A stretch of 61,374 bases of DNA, filler included, from Globobulimina sp. (taxonomy: Eukaryota): assembly GCA_003354225.1 (NCBI GenBank). It is 22 parts of 22 records of this genome, joined end to end, with 100 filler letters (N's around TTAATTAATTAA, not from the genome) between each part and the next. Parts side by side here need not be neighbours in the genome. Positions count along the whole stretch, not along the records: positions 1 to 2,696 come from PIVH01005303.1; positions 2,797 to 5,492 come from PIVH01005304.1; positions 5,593 to 8,288 come from PIVH01005305.1; positions 8,389 to 11,084 come from PIVH01005306.1; positions 11,185 to 13,880 come from PIVH01005307.1; 17 more parts are not named here. One strand, 5' to 3'. Shown here one piece after another: positions 1-13,676 of the stretch; position 1 is the first letter of the stretch, and every line of letters begins with the position of its first letter. Made by a program: the position numbers and the translations under genes. A model generated the notes under the pieces. That model saw nothing but the letters and a program-made list of their open reading frames with translations, was not told where the DNA came from and did no database searches.

Positions 1-30
1 TTAACCTATTTTCCTTCCAAAATCTTTACT

Positions 31-876
31 ATGTTTGGATGGTTAACTGGCAAGAATGACAATCAAAAAAATGGCAAAAAGCATAAGCAACCACATCTGC
101 CCTCAGCTCCATCGAAACCTGCATTGCCCGATCCAATTCAACAACAACAATTGAAATATAGCTATGAAGAAGCACAGAAACTGCAAATCGAAAGAGCTCA
201 TCAACAGAAAGTCACACAAATGAGGAAGCAAACAATATATAAGGATGCGATATGGAGCGCAGTTATTGTTGATTTGGATAATTTGAATAACTTTGACATG
301 GACACAACAGATTCTGTTAATAAACAAAATGAATATCTGAACAACATCCCAATTACAACCTCAATCATTCCAATAACGAACATTGATATTGACACTAAGA
401 TAGAAGAATATGTTAACTTTTTAACTGAAACAAATGAAATGAATGATGCTGAAGAAAAAAAGGAATGGGCTGAGTGGCTGGAACAATATAACAAACGTCA
501 AGAATTAAAACAAAATATTAAAGAAACAGTGCATAAAACTGCAGAATTTTCAAAATATGCATGGAAAAAATCAGTGAAATTTACCACCACTGCAACTTCA
601 GCGCTATTCAGTGCGACAAGCAATGCATTGACAAAAATTGAAAAATATAAAAAGGAAAAGGATTTGAAAAAACTTGAAGGGCAATCTGATGAAAAGGAGG
701 ATGATAGAAACGATGAACAAATTGAAGGACAATCAGATAAAAACAAAAAAAAGAATGATTCAAACTCATTGTGGGGATATTTGGATATTAACAAATATAA
801 AAAGAAAACAAACACGAATGCATATGATGATAAAAGTGATACTCATACATCGACGTTTAATCCCTACGAGTCATGA
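31..876 (+). CDS. Hypothetical low-complexity/coiled-coil protein
   Basis: 281-aa uninterrupted ORF, K/E/N-rich, no recognisable domain. Confidence 0.6.
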   Translation: MFGWLTGKNDNQKNGKKHKQPHLPSAPSKPALPDPIQQQQLKYSYEEAQKLQIERAHQQKVTQMRKQTIYKDAIWSAVIVDLDNLNNFDMDTTDSVNKQNEYLNNIPITTSIIPITNIDIDTKIEEYVNFLTETNEMNDAEEKKEWAEWLEQYNKRQELKQNIKETVHKTAEFSKYAWKKSVKFTTTATSALFSATSNALTKIEKYKKEKDLKKLEGQSDEKEDDRNDEQIEGQSDKNKKKNDSNSLWGYLDINKYKKKTNTNAYDDKSDTHTSTFNPYES

Positions 877-885
877 AGTGCGTAA

Positions 886-946
886 TCAGTAATTATTATT
901 GAGTGTGTTCAGTAATTATTATTGAGTGTGTTCAGTAATTATTATT
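886..946. repeat. 23-bp tandem repeat (about 2.6 copies) in the 3' region
   Basis: TCAGTAATTATTATTGAGTGTGT repeated head to tail with no spacers. Confidence 0.9.
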
Positions 947-1104
947 TTAAGTTTTATCCTTGCACTCTGATGTGTAACTTATCACAAATCACAGAACAAA
1001 AACAAAATTAAATGTACTCTTACATTACATGCTGCTGCTATATAATTGCATATATATTTGAAAATTATACAGCTCAATTATTTTATGCTTATCTTATTTG
1101 TTTT

Positions 1105-1845
1105 TTACTCTTTGAGTGCAGTCATTAAGCCCGCCAACTTCAACTGTGACGCAACATTGCTTTTAAAATATTCAATCTGTTGCTTATTTAATCCAACATC
1201 GGCAGCCAACTGATCAATATCCTCATCGTCCGCCTCTTCCATGGCAAAAAATGGTAAATCAAAAGCAGTGAACAGTTTTTTAATATATCCAGTGATCATT
1301 TCTGCAGTTATTTGTCCTTTGCTTTGTCCTGTTAATGGTTCCAATGTTTTATACCATCCAATCACATTACGTACATCGCCCACATTTATCTCACATTCAT
1401 CACATATTTTTCTGTCAAAGTATTATATTTTTATATATAAATATTCGCACAATCGCAGGGCTGCGATACATTAATACATTACACACTTTATATCATCATC
1501 GGTGATCATCGAGGCAGGTTTTTCAATAACATTCAAACTTTGAATTAATTCGCCAGATTGTTTTTCTTCATTCAATGTTTCTCCTAAAAAAGACCACGGC
1601 GAATATTTGACTAAACATTTTGAGACCGCACTCTTGAATTTTTTGGTTTGAATGCTCTCCAAACCCAACGCTTCACATAAATCGTCCGTGTCTTGTTTGT
1701 CTGCATGGAGCATATCCATTAATTCTAATCCCCACTCCGACACTATCTTCACTTTTTCATCCACATTAATTTTACCGCATGCACCAAACACTTCAATCCA
1801 TGCGTTTCCTCCATCTTTCATATCATCTGATTTATATTCCGCCAT
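1105..1845 (-). CDS. Two-exon protein with two SAM-like helical repeats
   Basis: ORFs 1471-1845 and 1105-1383 are in the same frame and joined by a GT-AG intron (about 1412-1477). Both halves carry similar D-[IL]-D-x-L...LGL...F-K-S segments typical of SAM-like domains. Confidence 0.5.
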
Positions 1846-2020
1846 TATAAGCTGTTAACAATCAAATGAAGGGATGAGCTGAAGCCTGAGAGTCAAGTTG
1901 AATGAGGATAAATATTAAACTACTGAAAGGAGACAAATAACGTTCAAAGTCAGCTACAAAATCATAGTTTGAATGAATAAACAATACAACAAAAAACAAT
2001 ATCGATCAATTATCAACAGT

Positions 2021-2626
2021 TTAGTTGTTGGATTCATTGGCTTTGTTGGATTGATTAGATTCATATTCAAGCCATGGGTCGACATAATCGGCAGGTTTTT
2101 GCATCACAAAGCGTAAGCCGCAATATTTGCATGTTTGTGGTGTGAAAGGCTTTCGTGTATTTAATGTAATCCATTGCATAGGATGTCCTTCCATAGGATG
2201 GCGAACTACATCTTTTCTACGTGGACTCATATCCGATTCGAACCACATTCCATCACATTTGACAAATTGTGCATCCACTTCGATGATTGGTACTTCTGCA
2301 ATTAACTCCATTGGTGTCTTGGTCTGACATTAAAACATGAGAGGAAACAGTTGCGTTTTTGCGTTATTCAGTATGGGTATATGGAGCATACGAACTTGAT
2401 AGGTTGGTCTCATTGGTGGCAATTCAAACTGTTCCACTGGTTCGAGAGCCTTTGTATCTTCTTTCTCTATCTCTATCACAGTGGTTGTGGTGGCATCCTT
2501 TGGATCGTCAACAAAGTGTCTTTGATGTTGTAAATTAGATTTTGTTGCTAGGGATGATTGGAAATACAATGATTTGTGTACGTGAATCAAAGGTCGAGTC
2601 AGAGCACGACGCAGCAACGTTGCCAT
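2021..2626 (-). CDS. NDUFS6: Mitochondrial complex I 13-kDa subunit (zf-CHCC)
   Basis: Arg-rich presequence MATLLRRALTR; 72-nt intron 2324-2395 (GTTCGT...TCAG); motifs ELIAEVP, CDG, GHP and TCKYCGLRF. Confidence 0.88.
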
Positions 2627-2696
2627 TATTGACTAACTTAGCAAGATTTCTACAGTTTGGATTAAAAACATCATCAGTTTTCTTTGTAATTCTTTT

Positions 2697-2796
2697 NNNN
2701 NNNNNNNNNNNNNNNNNNNNNNNNNNNNNNNNNNNNNNNNTTAATTAATTAANNNNNNNNNNNNNNNNNNNNNNNNNNNNNNNNNNNNNNNNNNNN
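2697..2796. other. Artificial contig linker (first of 21 identical 100-bp spacers)
   Basis: 44 N + TTAATTAATTAA (stops in all six frames) + 44 N. It recurs starting at 5493, 8289, 11085, 13881, 16676, 19471, 22266, 25061, 27856, 30651, 33445, 36239, 39033, 41826, 44619, 47412, 50205, 52998, 55791 and 58583. Contig lengths fall monotonically from 2696 to 2692 bp. Confidence 0.99.
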
Positions 2797-5200
2797 TCTG
2801 TCATTTATCAAATTTGAACATCGTTTACCCGTTTGTGAATCCGAAAACTGCTTCATTGTGCAAGAAAAGTCGTACAAAAGTTGGAATATGTTGTAATCCA
2901 AATTGTAGACTTCCTTTGACATGGGAAACTCTTATTAAACAAAAAGTCAAATGTTGCATATGTAATGGTGAGTTTATGTTAATCGTTCTTTCTATACCAT
3001 TATTAGTTATTTTATGAATATATGTAACGTTAAAAAAATTTTTTTTTTATTATTTTCTTAAATGAAATCTTGGTTATAAAAAGTTACATTTTAAGATGGA
3101 ATTTGTATCTCACGCGACTTAAAAACGGGAGTTTTTGCGTCTGGTATGGAAAAGTGTCTTAAAGTAGGGGGGACTAAATCATTTTTAGTACAGAAGTACT
3201 AGATTCCACACTCGTCTCGGCCATGTAGTAAAGAGAGAAAACAGTGTCCGCCGTGGGACGTAGCGAACGGCTCGAACATACCCCCAAGCCTCCTTATTCG
3301 GAAGAGTATAGGGGGTATACAATCGAAATAGGGGTATTCGACCCCTAACTTGTGAAAATTAATATCACCACTACATTCAACGGCTTGCATTTCGTATCTG
3401 TATAAATTTTTATTCTAATTGGTGACTTATCACAGATTTTAGAACAAAAAATGGTTAATTCATGCAAAATTTTCACTATGGCAAAATGAGTCTCTCGATA
3501 TATTCGAGGCGTTGGCTACCTGTCATGGTGGACAATTTTTTCTCTGTTTACTACATGACCGAGTTGGCTATGGTATTTAGTGCTTCTGTACCAAAAATTA
3601 TTCACAGGTCTCTACTGTAAGACACTTTCGCATAGCTGACGCAAAAAAAGGTCGCGTGACTGAGAAATTTTATCTTAACTTATACTTTTATATTTATAGC
3701 ATTATATCACGTGGCATGTTTGGATGGTATCGAATTTTCTTCAAACGATTATGTCATTACGAAGAAAAATAACAACGAAGAAGTTATACATATCGTAAAA
3801 AATCCGTTTTTTATATGTTGTATATGTACATATAGAAAATTGCACCCTTTATACCCAAGTATATGTACTTCATATACAAATTATATAATGGAACTCAATT
3901 CACTCATATTTGAAGAAAAAAAGAATGCTTTGGTTACTTTGCCCGAAATGGTTCATTTTATTGAAATGAATAATTTAAACGAAGATATAACAAATACGAA
4001 CGTAAGTTTTATATTGAAATTTTTTATTATACTATTGTTAAATTTAAATTAAAAAAATTAATTAGATTTAATCTAATAAAAAAAATAGGAAAATTACTAT
4101 AACATAAATATTAAAAAATGTTTATTTAGTTCTTCGATAAATTAATACGATTATTGAATGAGAAAACAAGTTCTCAAGAATCTCATCAATGTGGTATAAT
4201 TATTATGGAAACAACAAAGTTGAGTGCAATTTTCACAAAAAATGGTTTTATTGATATGGATGAAAATATTGGAATTTTATTAAAGTACATTGGTGAAATA
4301 ATTTATATTTTAAAAAAAAGAGATGAAATAATATTATTACCTGTGGTCGATGGTAGTATGTATGTCGTTGTAAGTTATTGTTTTTATTTTATTATAATAG
4401 TATTTTTTTATAATTTACATATTAGAAAAATTGCTTAGAAAACGGTAGAAATTTGGGTTAAAACTAAAAATTAATTTATATTATTTAAAATTAAATTTAA
4501 AATCGTAATGTAAATGTATTATTAAAAATATAATAATAAAATTTTAGATCTGTTACAAATCTAATGGAAAAGTGTTGATATTAGATCCATTATTAAAACC
4601 CGGATTGTCAGAATTAGAAACAAAATTAGAATTGAACAAATGTGGTGCTATATGCAATAGTATTTGGTAAAGGAATAAAATTAATTTTTGTAAAATTATA
4701 TTTGTATCAATGATGTAATAATTTTAGTGGAATATTAAAGTTCATAACAAATGTGATGAAAGTTAAACTGACAGAAGATGATCATATTAATTGGAATGGT
4801 TTTTATATTGATCAAAATCCTACATGTGAAACAAAGTTGGAATCAATGGGAATAAGTTTGGGGATAATATATCATATATTGGCTGGTCACTCTTTTCATT
4901 ATTTAAATAGTGTGAGTAATAAATAAAATATTTTATGTATTACAAACAAATAATATGTTATAAATAAATATAAAAATTTATACTTGTTTATAAAATTTTT
5001 TTCAGGTATCTTCACACTACTGGTTGCAAAATTGTATGAGATACCTTGTTTGTCAAGATATATATCCAAAAATAAATGGAAACGAGCGTGTTACTTCTTT
5101 TGAAAAATACCGTAATACAAATGCAGGATGGCCAAAGGATAAAAGGAAAAGATGGATAAATCATCAAAGTTTTGAAAGTTTGAAGATTCAAACGATATGA
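2797..5200 (+). CDS. Partial multi-exon gene: PHD-like Cys/His finger followed by a possible degenerate Ulp1-like segment
   Basis: Exons split by very AT-rich GT-AG introns. The first splice (TGTAATG|gtgagt ... tttatag|CATTAT) gives CCICNALYHVAC. Later exons read ILLPVV, KVLILDPL and DQNPTC. The last exon follows ttttcag and ends near 5200. Internal exon structure is only partly resolved. Confidence 0.4.
3095..3674. mobile_element. 580-bp non-autonomous TIR element (MITE) flanked by TTAA, inside an intron; Kolobok-like termini
   Basis: About 190-bp imperfect inverted arms (shared blocks TCACGCGAC, TTTTTGCGTC, AAAGTGTCTTA, GTACAGAAG, CATGTAGTAAA). TTAA at 3091-3094 and 3675-3678. Termini are GA...TC. 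Confidence 0.75.
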
Positions 5201-5686
5201 AATTTTATATGATTATCGATTTTATGTGTTGCGTAAAAATTATTTTATATTTTTATTTTAATAAGAATAATTTAGGTATTAGACAGTAGCTAATTTTTTG
5301 TATTTATTTGCTTTTTTATTTATGCTTAAATTCAAACAAATTTCCGTATTTACTAATATTTGTTATTCGTTATTTTTATTTTGAAAATAAAAATATTAAT
5401 AAAACATATGTTTAAATTATATTACTTTATCTTTTATTGAAAGTCTATCTTAATGTATAATATAATATTGTCGGTAAATTTGAAAAATTAATNNNNNNNN
5501 NNNNNNNNNNNNNNNNNNNNNNNNNNNNNNNNNNNNTTAATTAATTAANNNNNNNNNNNNNNNNNNNNNNNNNNNNNNNNNNNNNNNNNNNNATGAAAAT
5601 TCAGTACATAACGGAGACCCCTAATGTAAATAATATAAAAGAAAACAAAAATAATTTCATATTTGACAAGTTTCATCAATATCCAA

Positions 5687-5826
5687 GAGCATCCTGTTTT
5701 CAGCGTCAGATTTTTATTGTTTCTGAGAAACGAAGGCAAACCTATATTTTTCCCTTTATCAGTCACCAGAAACGGTTTGCTTATACCTTACCCCAATAAA
5801 AATCTGACGCTGAAGACCGGATGCTC
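5687..5826 (+). mobile_element. MITE family A, copy 1 (140 bp)
   Basis: About 34-bp TIR GAGCATCCTGTTTTCAGCGTCAGATTTTTATTG ... CAATAAAAATCTGACGCTGAAGACCGGATGCTC; flanks CAA and TTT. Confidence 0.88.
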
Positions 5827-5910
5827 TTTTAGCTCATGCGACTTTTTTTTTAGATTGGATATACTATTCTTGAAACATTTTCACGTTGACATTAACTTGA
5901 AACTGGAAAA

Positions 5911-6053
5911 GAGCATCCGGTATTTAGCGTTAGATTTTTATTGGGGTAAGGTATAAGCAAACCGTTTCTGGCGACTGATAAAGGTAAAAATAATATAGGT
6001 TTGCCTTCGTTTCTCAGAAACAATAAAAATCTGACGCTGAAAACAGGATGCTC
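5911..6053 (-). mobile_element. MITE family A, copy 2 (143 bp, inverted relative to copy 1)
   Basis: Same TIR and internal sequence in reverse orientation, with several substitutions; flanks AAA and TTT. Confidence 0.88.
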
Positions 6054-6200
6054 TTTAAAGATTTTTTTTACTTGAAAGTTACTGCAGATTTTACAAGAAT
6101 ATTTTCCTGAAATGGTTTGCAAAATAAATTTATTATGGATATGATTGTGAAATACTACTTTCTGATTCAAAGGAGTTTCTGAAAAAGAATGATCTAAGGA

Positions 6201-6286
6201 ATGATATGATATATCTCAGATATATCTATATAGATCTCAGTTATATCTGATAAGTATCTAGATATATCTGAGATATATCATATCAT
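6201..6286. repeat. Hairpin with perfect 28-bp arms built from GATATATCT-like units
   Basis: ATGATATGATATATCTCAGATATATCTA (6201-6228) is the reverse complement of 6259-6286. Related units recur at about 6405-6450. Confidence 0.85.
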
Positions 6287-6586
6287 CTTCAGATGAGATG
6301 AATAAACCGTTATTATCATCATCACTGATAATTTATAAATGGTGTTGACTGTTAATTAGTAAAAGAAAAACAAAACACCAAGAAAATCAGTTAGCAAACC
6401 AGTCCAGATATATATCAGATGTATCTTAGATATATCCAGATGTATCACATATGTATCCCATAAGCCAAAAAAGTTAGAAAACTAAGGGAATGTTGGTAAT
6501 TAAAATTTGACCCTAGGACTAGGTCCAGGTCACATGACTCACATCGCAATTGCAATAAAAAGGAAAACATCGAAAAAATTAGAAAA

Positions 6587-7975
6587 CTAAATATTAGTTA
6601 TTGTGCTGATTGTTTTTTTTTGCTTGGTTAATTTTTCGGCGTCAAGTCTAAATTTAGCAAATTGAGAATCTAATAATTTTATATGTTTTGTTTTTGATCG
6701 AGATTTTTTTTCATTTTGTATAAATTTATCATTTGCATCGCCATTTTTAATAACAAATAATGATGGAAATAAATTATGAATATCATCTGGTAAAAACCGT
6801 ATCATTTGGCTTCTTGTGTACAAATAACATTTTATTACATCCTTTTGTTGGATTTGAAAACTTAAACAAAACACATAACCGTTGGCCGATGTTTTTGCTG
6901 TAATTGTGTCGTTTTGTTGTTTGCCGGGTATTATTGACTTAATTGAAGACTCAAAATACCATTCTGGCAAATGGCAATCTGGCATTTCTGACAAAATAGC
7001 GGGTTTATACAAAAATAATTCATTTGCCCCCACTCCTTTCCTTCGATCTAAAATTATGCACAACCTCTCACGATGAGGGAAACCATAATGAATATTTTCA
7101 TTTTTCTTTAATTTCTCTTTAAAATCTTTAAACACACCGTGAAATATTCGGGGTCTATATCCTTGTTTTAATGTTCGTTGTTCATACATTACATTTGCCG
7201 AATCTAACATGTTTTTAATGTCAGTTATCTCAAAAAATGGATCATATTCGTCTTTTTTCTCTGTTTCATCGTCGACGTCGGAATTATCAGAATCCTCATC
7301 ATCATCACGATCAAACTCATCCGAATCATCAGAATCATCCTCATCCTCATTCTCTGACTCATTCTCTGACTCTGACTCTGTGTCTGCTACATTTATATTT
7401 GAACAATCGATAACTTTTTTGGGTATAATAAGCAAATCGATTTGGAATGGCGGACTGATGAGATCTCTGTCAATAATGGTATGGATTAACGAGGTGGCCT
7501 CACAAATATAATCAGCAAAGGCTTCAATTGAGTCATCATATTTTTCCATGACAGGTAGTTGGATCATACTGCAATATCTATGAAAAAACATTTGTGCCGC
7601 AGCCTTTATCATTTCTTGGTGTCTTTTTTTTTTGGATAATAGGCGTAATGTCGGATATCCATTGGACCATTGTTGCAGTGCTAAGCCTTGTCGATGTGCG
7701 ATAAAATAATCCATCCGATCGCGAGTAAAACTGTCAATGACTAATGTCAATAACGGCAATTTATTTTTCCTCGCAATGGCCAATGTTTTCCATAAATCTT
7801 GTTGTTGTTCTTCATGCGCCAAACCACTGCATTGTATTGTATATATTTGTTTTGTTTCTTCGATTTCATTTTCACTCAAATCAAAGTTCAAGTTATCTGC
7901 TGATATGTACTCATCGTATTTCTCCTTTTCTTCATCTTCTTCTTCTTCGTCCTTTTGTTTTGTAAGTGTTGACAT
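6587..7975 (-). CDS. Hypothetical protein with acidic tracts
   Basis: 462-aa uninterrupted ORF with a long D/E/S tract; no domain recognised. Confidence 0.75.
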   Translation of the reverse strand: MSTLTKQKDEEEEDEEKEKYDEYISADNLNFDLSENEIEETKQIYTIQCSGLAHEEQQQDLWKTLAIARKNKLPLLTLVIDSFTRDRMDYFIAHRQGLALQQWSNGYPTLRLLSKKKRHQEMIKAAAQMFFHRYCSMIQLPVMEKYDDSIEAFADYICEATSLIHTIIDRDLISPPFQIDLLIIPKKVIDCSNINVADTESESENESENEDEDDSDDSDEFDRDDDEDSDNSDVDDETEKKDEYDPFFEITDIKNMLDSANVMYEQRTLKQGYRPRIFHGVFKDFKEKLKKNENIHYGFPHRERLCIILDRRKGVGANELFLYKPAILSEMPDCHLPEWYFESSIKSIIPGKQQNDTITAKTSANGYVFCLSFQIQQKDVIKCYLYTRSQMIRFLPDDIHNLFPSLFVIKNGDANDKFIQNEKKSRSKTKHIKLLDSQFAKFRLDAEKLTKQKKTISTITNI

Positions 7976-8397
7976 GTTAATGTCCTCAGCTAGCGCGAAC
8001 TTCAGGTAGTATATTTTAGATTTTTATATTGTTTGGTTTGTGATTTATTTTCTTTTGCATTTTTGTTTGGGGCTCGGACTTATGAGGATTCATAAGTCGG
8101 TTTTCTATGTACCGGTTTTATACCGCTCTGTGAAAGTCCTCATCATTGTATGAAACTGTAGAATTTAAATTATAACATATGTACTTAACTGACTAACGTG
8201 TTTTTGTTTTTTTTTACAGGATGTGTTCGTCTTGTTACAATTGAGAACCTAACCCCATATAGTATGTACTACTAACATCAATGAAACANNNNNNNNNNNN
8301 NNNNNNNNNNNNNNNNNNNNNNNNNNNNNNNNTTAATTAATTAANNNNNNNNNNNNNNNNNNNNNNNNNNNNNNNNNNNNNNNNNNNNGAACCAGTT

Positions 8398-8694
8398 ATG
8401 GCATCGGTATCAACGGGTAGCCCTTACACCAAAGAAGAAATTCAATCAGATTTACAAAAAGGCGTAGCAAGTGTATCATTCACAAAAGTGAACTGTGAGA
8501 CTCGCATTATGGAATGCACGTTGAAGAGCCAATTGCTTCCAGTAGCAGATATGCCCAAAAAGAAGACAGACCGCGTTAAAGCACCAAATGACAAGGTTTT
8601 AAGCGTTTGGGATGTCAATGCTAAGGGTTGGAGATCTTTCCGCGTAGAGAACGTTTTTAACGTAGAATCGCCACAAAACGAGCTTGACCTGTAA
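8398..8694 (+). CDS. Phage-type WYL_2/DUF2693 (Sm-like SH3) small protein, as in T4-like phages
   Basis: Motif order L-x-K-G-V-x-x-V-x-F-T-K-V-N-x-E-x-R-x-M-x-C-T-L ... V-W-D-V-x-x-K-G-W-R-S-F-R; no introns. Confidence 0.85.
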   Translation: MASVSTGSPYTKEEIQSDLQKGVASVSFTKVNCETRIMECTLKSQLLPVADMPKKKTDRVKAPNDKVLSVWDVNAKGWRSFRVENVFNVESPQNELDL

Positions 8695-8712
8695 TCAAAT
8701 AGGCTCTATAAT
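8684..8712 (+). promoter_or_regulatory. Near-consensus sigma70-type promoter
   Basis: TTGACC (8684-8689), 17-bp spacer, TATAAT (8707-8712), then a GAGGT ribosome-binding site (8739-8743) and ATG at 8749. Confidence 0.8.
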
Positions 8713-8748
8713 ACGTGTATTATGCAACTATTTAACTTGAGGTTTGAT

Positions 8749-11084
<2,336 letters not shown>

Positions 11085-11184
11085 NNNNNNNNNNNNNNNN
11101 NNNNNNNNNNNNNNNNNNNNNNNNNNNNTTAATTAATTAANNNNNNNNNNNNNNNNNNNNNNNNNNNNNNNNNNNNNNNNNNNN

Positions 11185-12243
11185 AAATTTGCCGCTCGCA
11201 ATTTGTTTGCGGTTTTACTTTCACATTTCTTGGTTGCTTTTAGCATACAATCAAGATACACCATCTTTGGTTCTTTAAATATTTTATTTTGTAATATTTC
11301 TTGCTGAATATTTTTATATTTTGCTGCAACAAATAAATCTTTGTAGGTTAATGTCTCATCACTTTCATTGAGCACATTTGTTTCTAATTGCGTGTTTATA
11401 TTAGTTTTGTAATAATCCCAATAATAAAATTTATATCCAATCCTGAACACATTGTTATATTCTTTCTCGTCATCATCAAATGTTTCATGTTTTTCAGTTT
11501 CTGTCAACAGTTCGCGTTTGATTTGAATCAAATGTACATACAACAAACTTAGACAAACCTTCATTGTTTCCATCGGAGGCGGAGCTATTGATAATATCTG
11601 GTAATATAATATTAAATTTCTGAATACGATGGAAAGCAGTATTTGTATCTAATTTGGATTGTTGTTGTTGTTGTTGTAATATGGAAGTAGTAATTTCTAT
11701 ATCATTATCATCAAATTTATCTTCATCCAAATCATTTGATTTACTTTCTGTACATTGTGGTTTCGATAATAATCTAACTCCGGTATCAAATGAATGAAAT
11801 AAAAATGTATGGATTTCATCCATAAGATTTTGAACAAATTGTAACTTTGCATCATATGTAATATTTTTACTTATTTTCGATTCATAATCTGTTTGTTTCA
11901 TTCTATTCAACGAATGACAGCTTAATACGTTGCAATTTGTAATCAATGAATTCCAATTTAATCGGATATATTCATACATATCAGCCAATTGATTGTTGTG
12001 TTCGGTAACAATATGTGCGAAATCATCTAAAATGTTTGAATATGTTTTATCTATAAATGTTGACAATTTATTTATGTCATTTGTATTTTGCCAATATAAT
12101 AAACAATGTATAATTCGTGCAAATGGGGTACAATCACTACAATGTTGTATTTGTGATTTACAACTTTTATCTATTTTGTTTTCATTGATTGTAAATATTC
12201 TTGCATCAAACGCACATGCTTCCACATGTTTGGTCGAAGACAT
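11185..12243 (-). CDS. Hypothetical protein (two exons, 3' truncated)
   Basis: ORFs 11494-12243 and 11185-11573 are joined by a 58-nt GT-AG intron at 11501-11558; contains an FRIGYKFYYWDYYK motif. Confidence 0.65.
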
Positions 12244-13227
12244 GATGATTTACGGAAGTCAATCTAAAGTGTTTTTCTGCAACCGTATATTTCCAAAACT
12301 GTCGAAACAATTGTTTTTTTGGCTACGGAATCGAGCGGATGAAAGAAAATTAGTTTTAACGTTTTTAGTCAAGATAATAATAAAATTGTTATTTTAACAT
12401 GTTTTAACATGTATTAACATGTATAGCGTAATTATATTATAAACATTAATTAAACAAATAGTCAATGATTCATATTATAATAATTTAAAGTGTTTTTATA
12501 TTTTGATTGAGTGTCATTTTTTGTTTTGTTTATTTGCTTTATTTGCGACTTGAATTGCCATCCATAAAAAATGTGCTGTTTTTGCTGCATTTTTAAATCC
12601 CCAAACGTGTAATATGCGTTCTCTATTTATAATATAATATCAAATATAAAAAAATATGCGTTCTCTAGCTATTCTATAACGTTCGTAAACGAATGAGTAC
12701 AAATGTAAAAAAATATTGAATGCAAAATATTCGTGTTAATATAGTATTTTTTTCCATCAAAACCGGTAAACTTTATTGGTAAAGTCTGTGAAAAATATAT
12801 TGAATATTATGTAGCCACTACCAATATTTGTATGCTTTAAATGGTATTTGGGTTTGTTTTTATTCGGTGTATAGTATAAAGTTTGTATTTTTCGGTGCAA
12901 ACCAAAACTGTCTCCATGAAACATATACTGTAATTGCTGCTGTTTAATACATAAAATAGAAAATGTGTAAAACTGATGTTGTGTAAATTAACCTGTGTTG
13001 CAATTGGTAATGAGGCAATGCTATGATACAAAATTTCATTTTGGCATTGCATTTTTTCTAAACACCACTTTTTACCATATAGAGTTTATACTGTTTGGTC
13101 AGAAAATAAATCTAAAATATACATACGAATATTTTTTCAGTTCAATATTATCCGAATTAAAATAACGTTATAAAAATAGAAACGCTCGTTTGTTACAGAA
13201 TATTTGTGATGATGATAGAAACATAAA

Positions 13228-13449
13228 TCACAAATCTCCAAACCTTAGAGGGGCAAAAGGATACTTTAATAGTTTTTCAATTGTGTTAATTTCGTCATCA
13301 TCTTCCATTTGTTCACATAATTCATCCAATTCATCATCATCTAATTCATGTTTTTTATGCTGCAACGCTGTTTTTACAAAAACAGTAACTGTTGGACGAG
13401 AGTTTTGTTCTTGTGCTTCTTTCTGCTCATTCTTTGTGATTTCTGCCAT
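13228..13449 (-). CDS. Short acidic ORF or first exon of an unresolved gene
   Basis: 73-aa ORF from ATG with a likely donor (AG|gtttgg) near its end. Confidence 0.35.
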   Translation of the reverse strand: MAEITKNEQKEAQEQNSRPTVTVFVKTALQHKKHELDDDELDELCEQMEDDDEINTIEKLLKYPFAPLRFGDL

Positions 13450-13676
13450 TAATGTATAGGGGCCGGGTTCCTTTCAGTTACTTAAAAAATGTAAGATTAA
13501 AAACGACTTAAAAAATCTTAATTTAGGAATAAATCCGACAATTTAAAGCAGTTTCTAATCTTACATTTTGTTTGTTGGATAAAAAGCGATAATATCCGTA
13601 CACTGACTGGTTTAAATTAATACACTCATTTTTAATTATACAGTAAAAATTATTGCATTATTGATTGCTTATAAAC

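Noticed and set aside
886-946. Possible CRISPR-like repeat
   Set aside because: Units are directly adjacent with no unique spacers and no cas genes; a simple tandem repeat.
2741-2752. Recurring TTAATTAATTAA palindrome at regular spacing of about 2.8 kb
   Set aside because: Artificial six-frame-stop linker embedded in N runs; ORFs ending in X...LIN or X...N are artefacts.
5545-6170. Short ORFs sharing EHPVFSVRFLLFLRNEGKP / NKNLTLKTGCS peptides
   Set aside because: Translations of the non-coding MITE copies, not a protein family.
6505-6535. Hairpin with CTAG resembling a Helitron 3' end
   Set aside because: Geometry is not canonical, with no matching 5' TC end or second copy.
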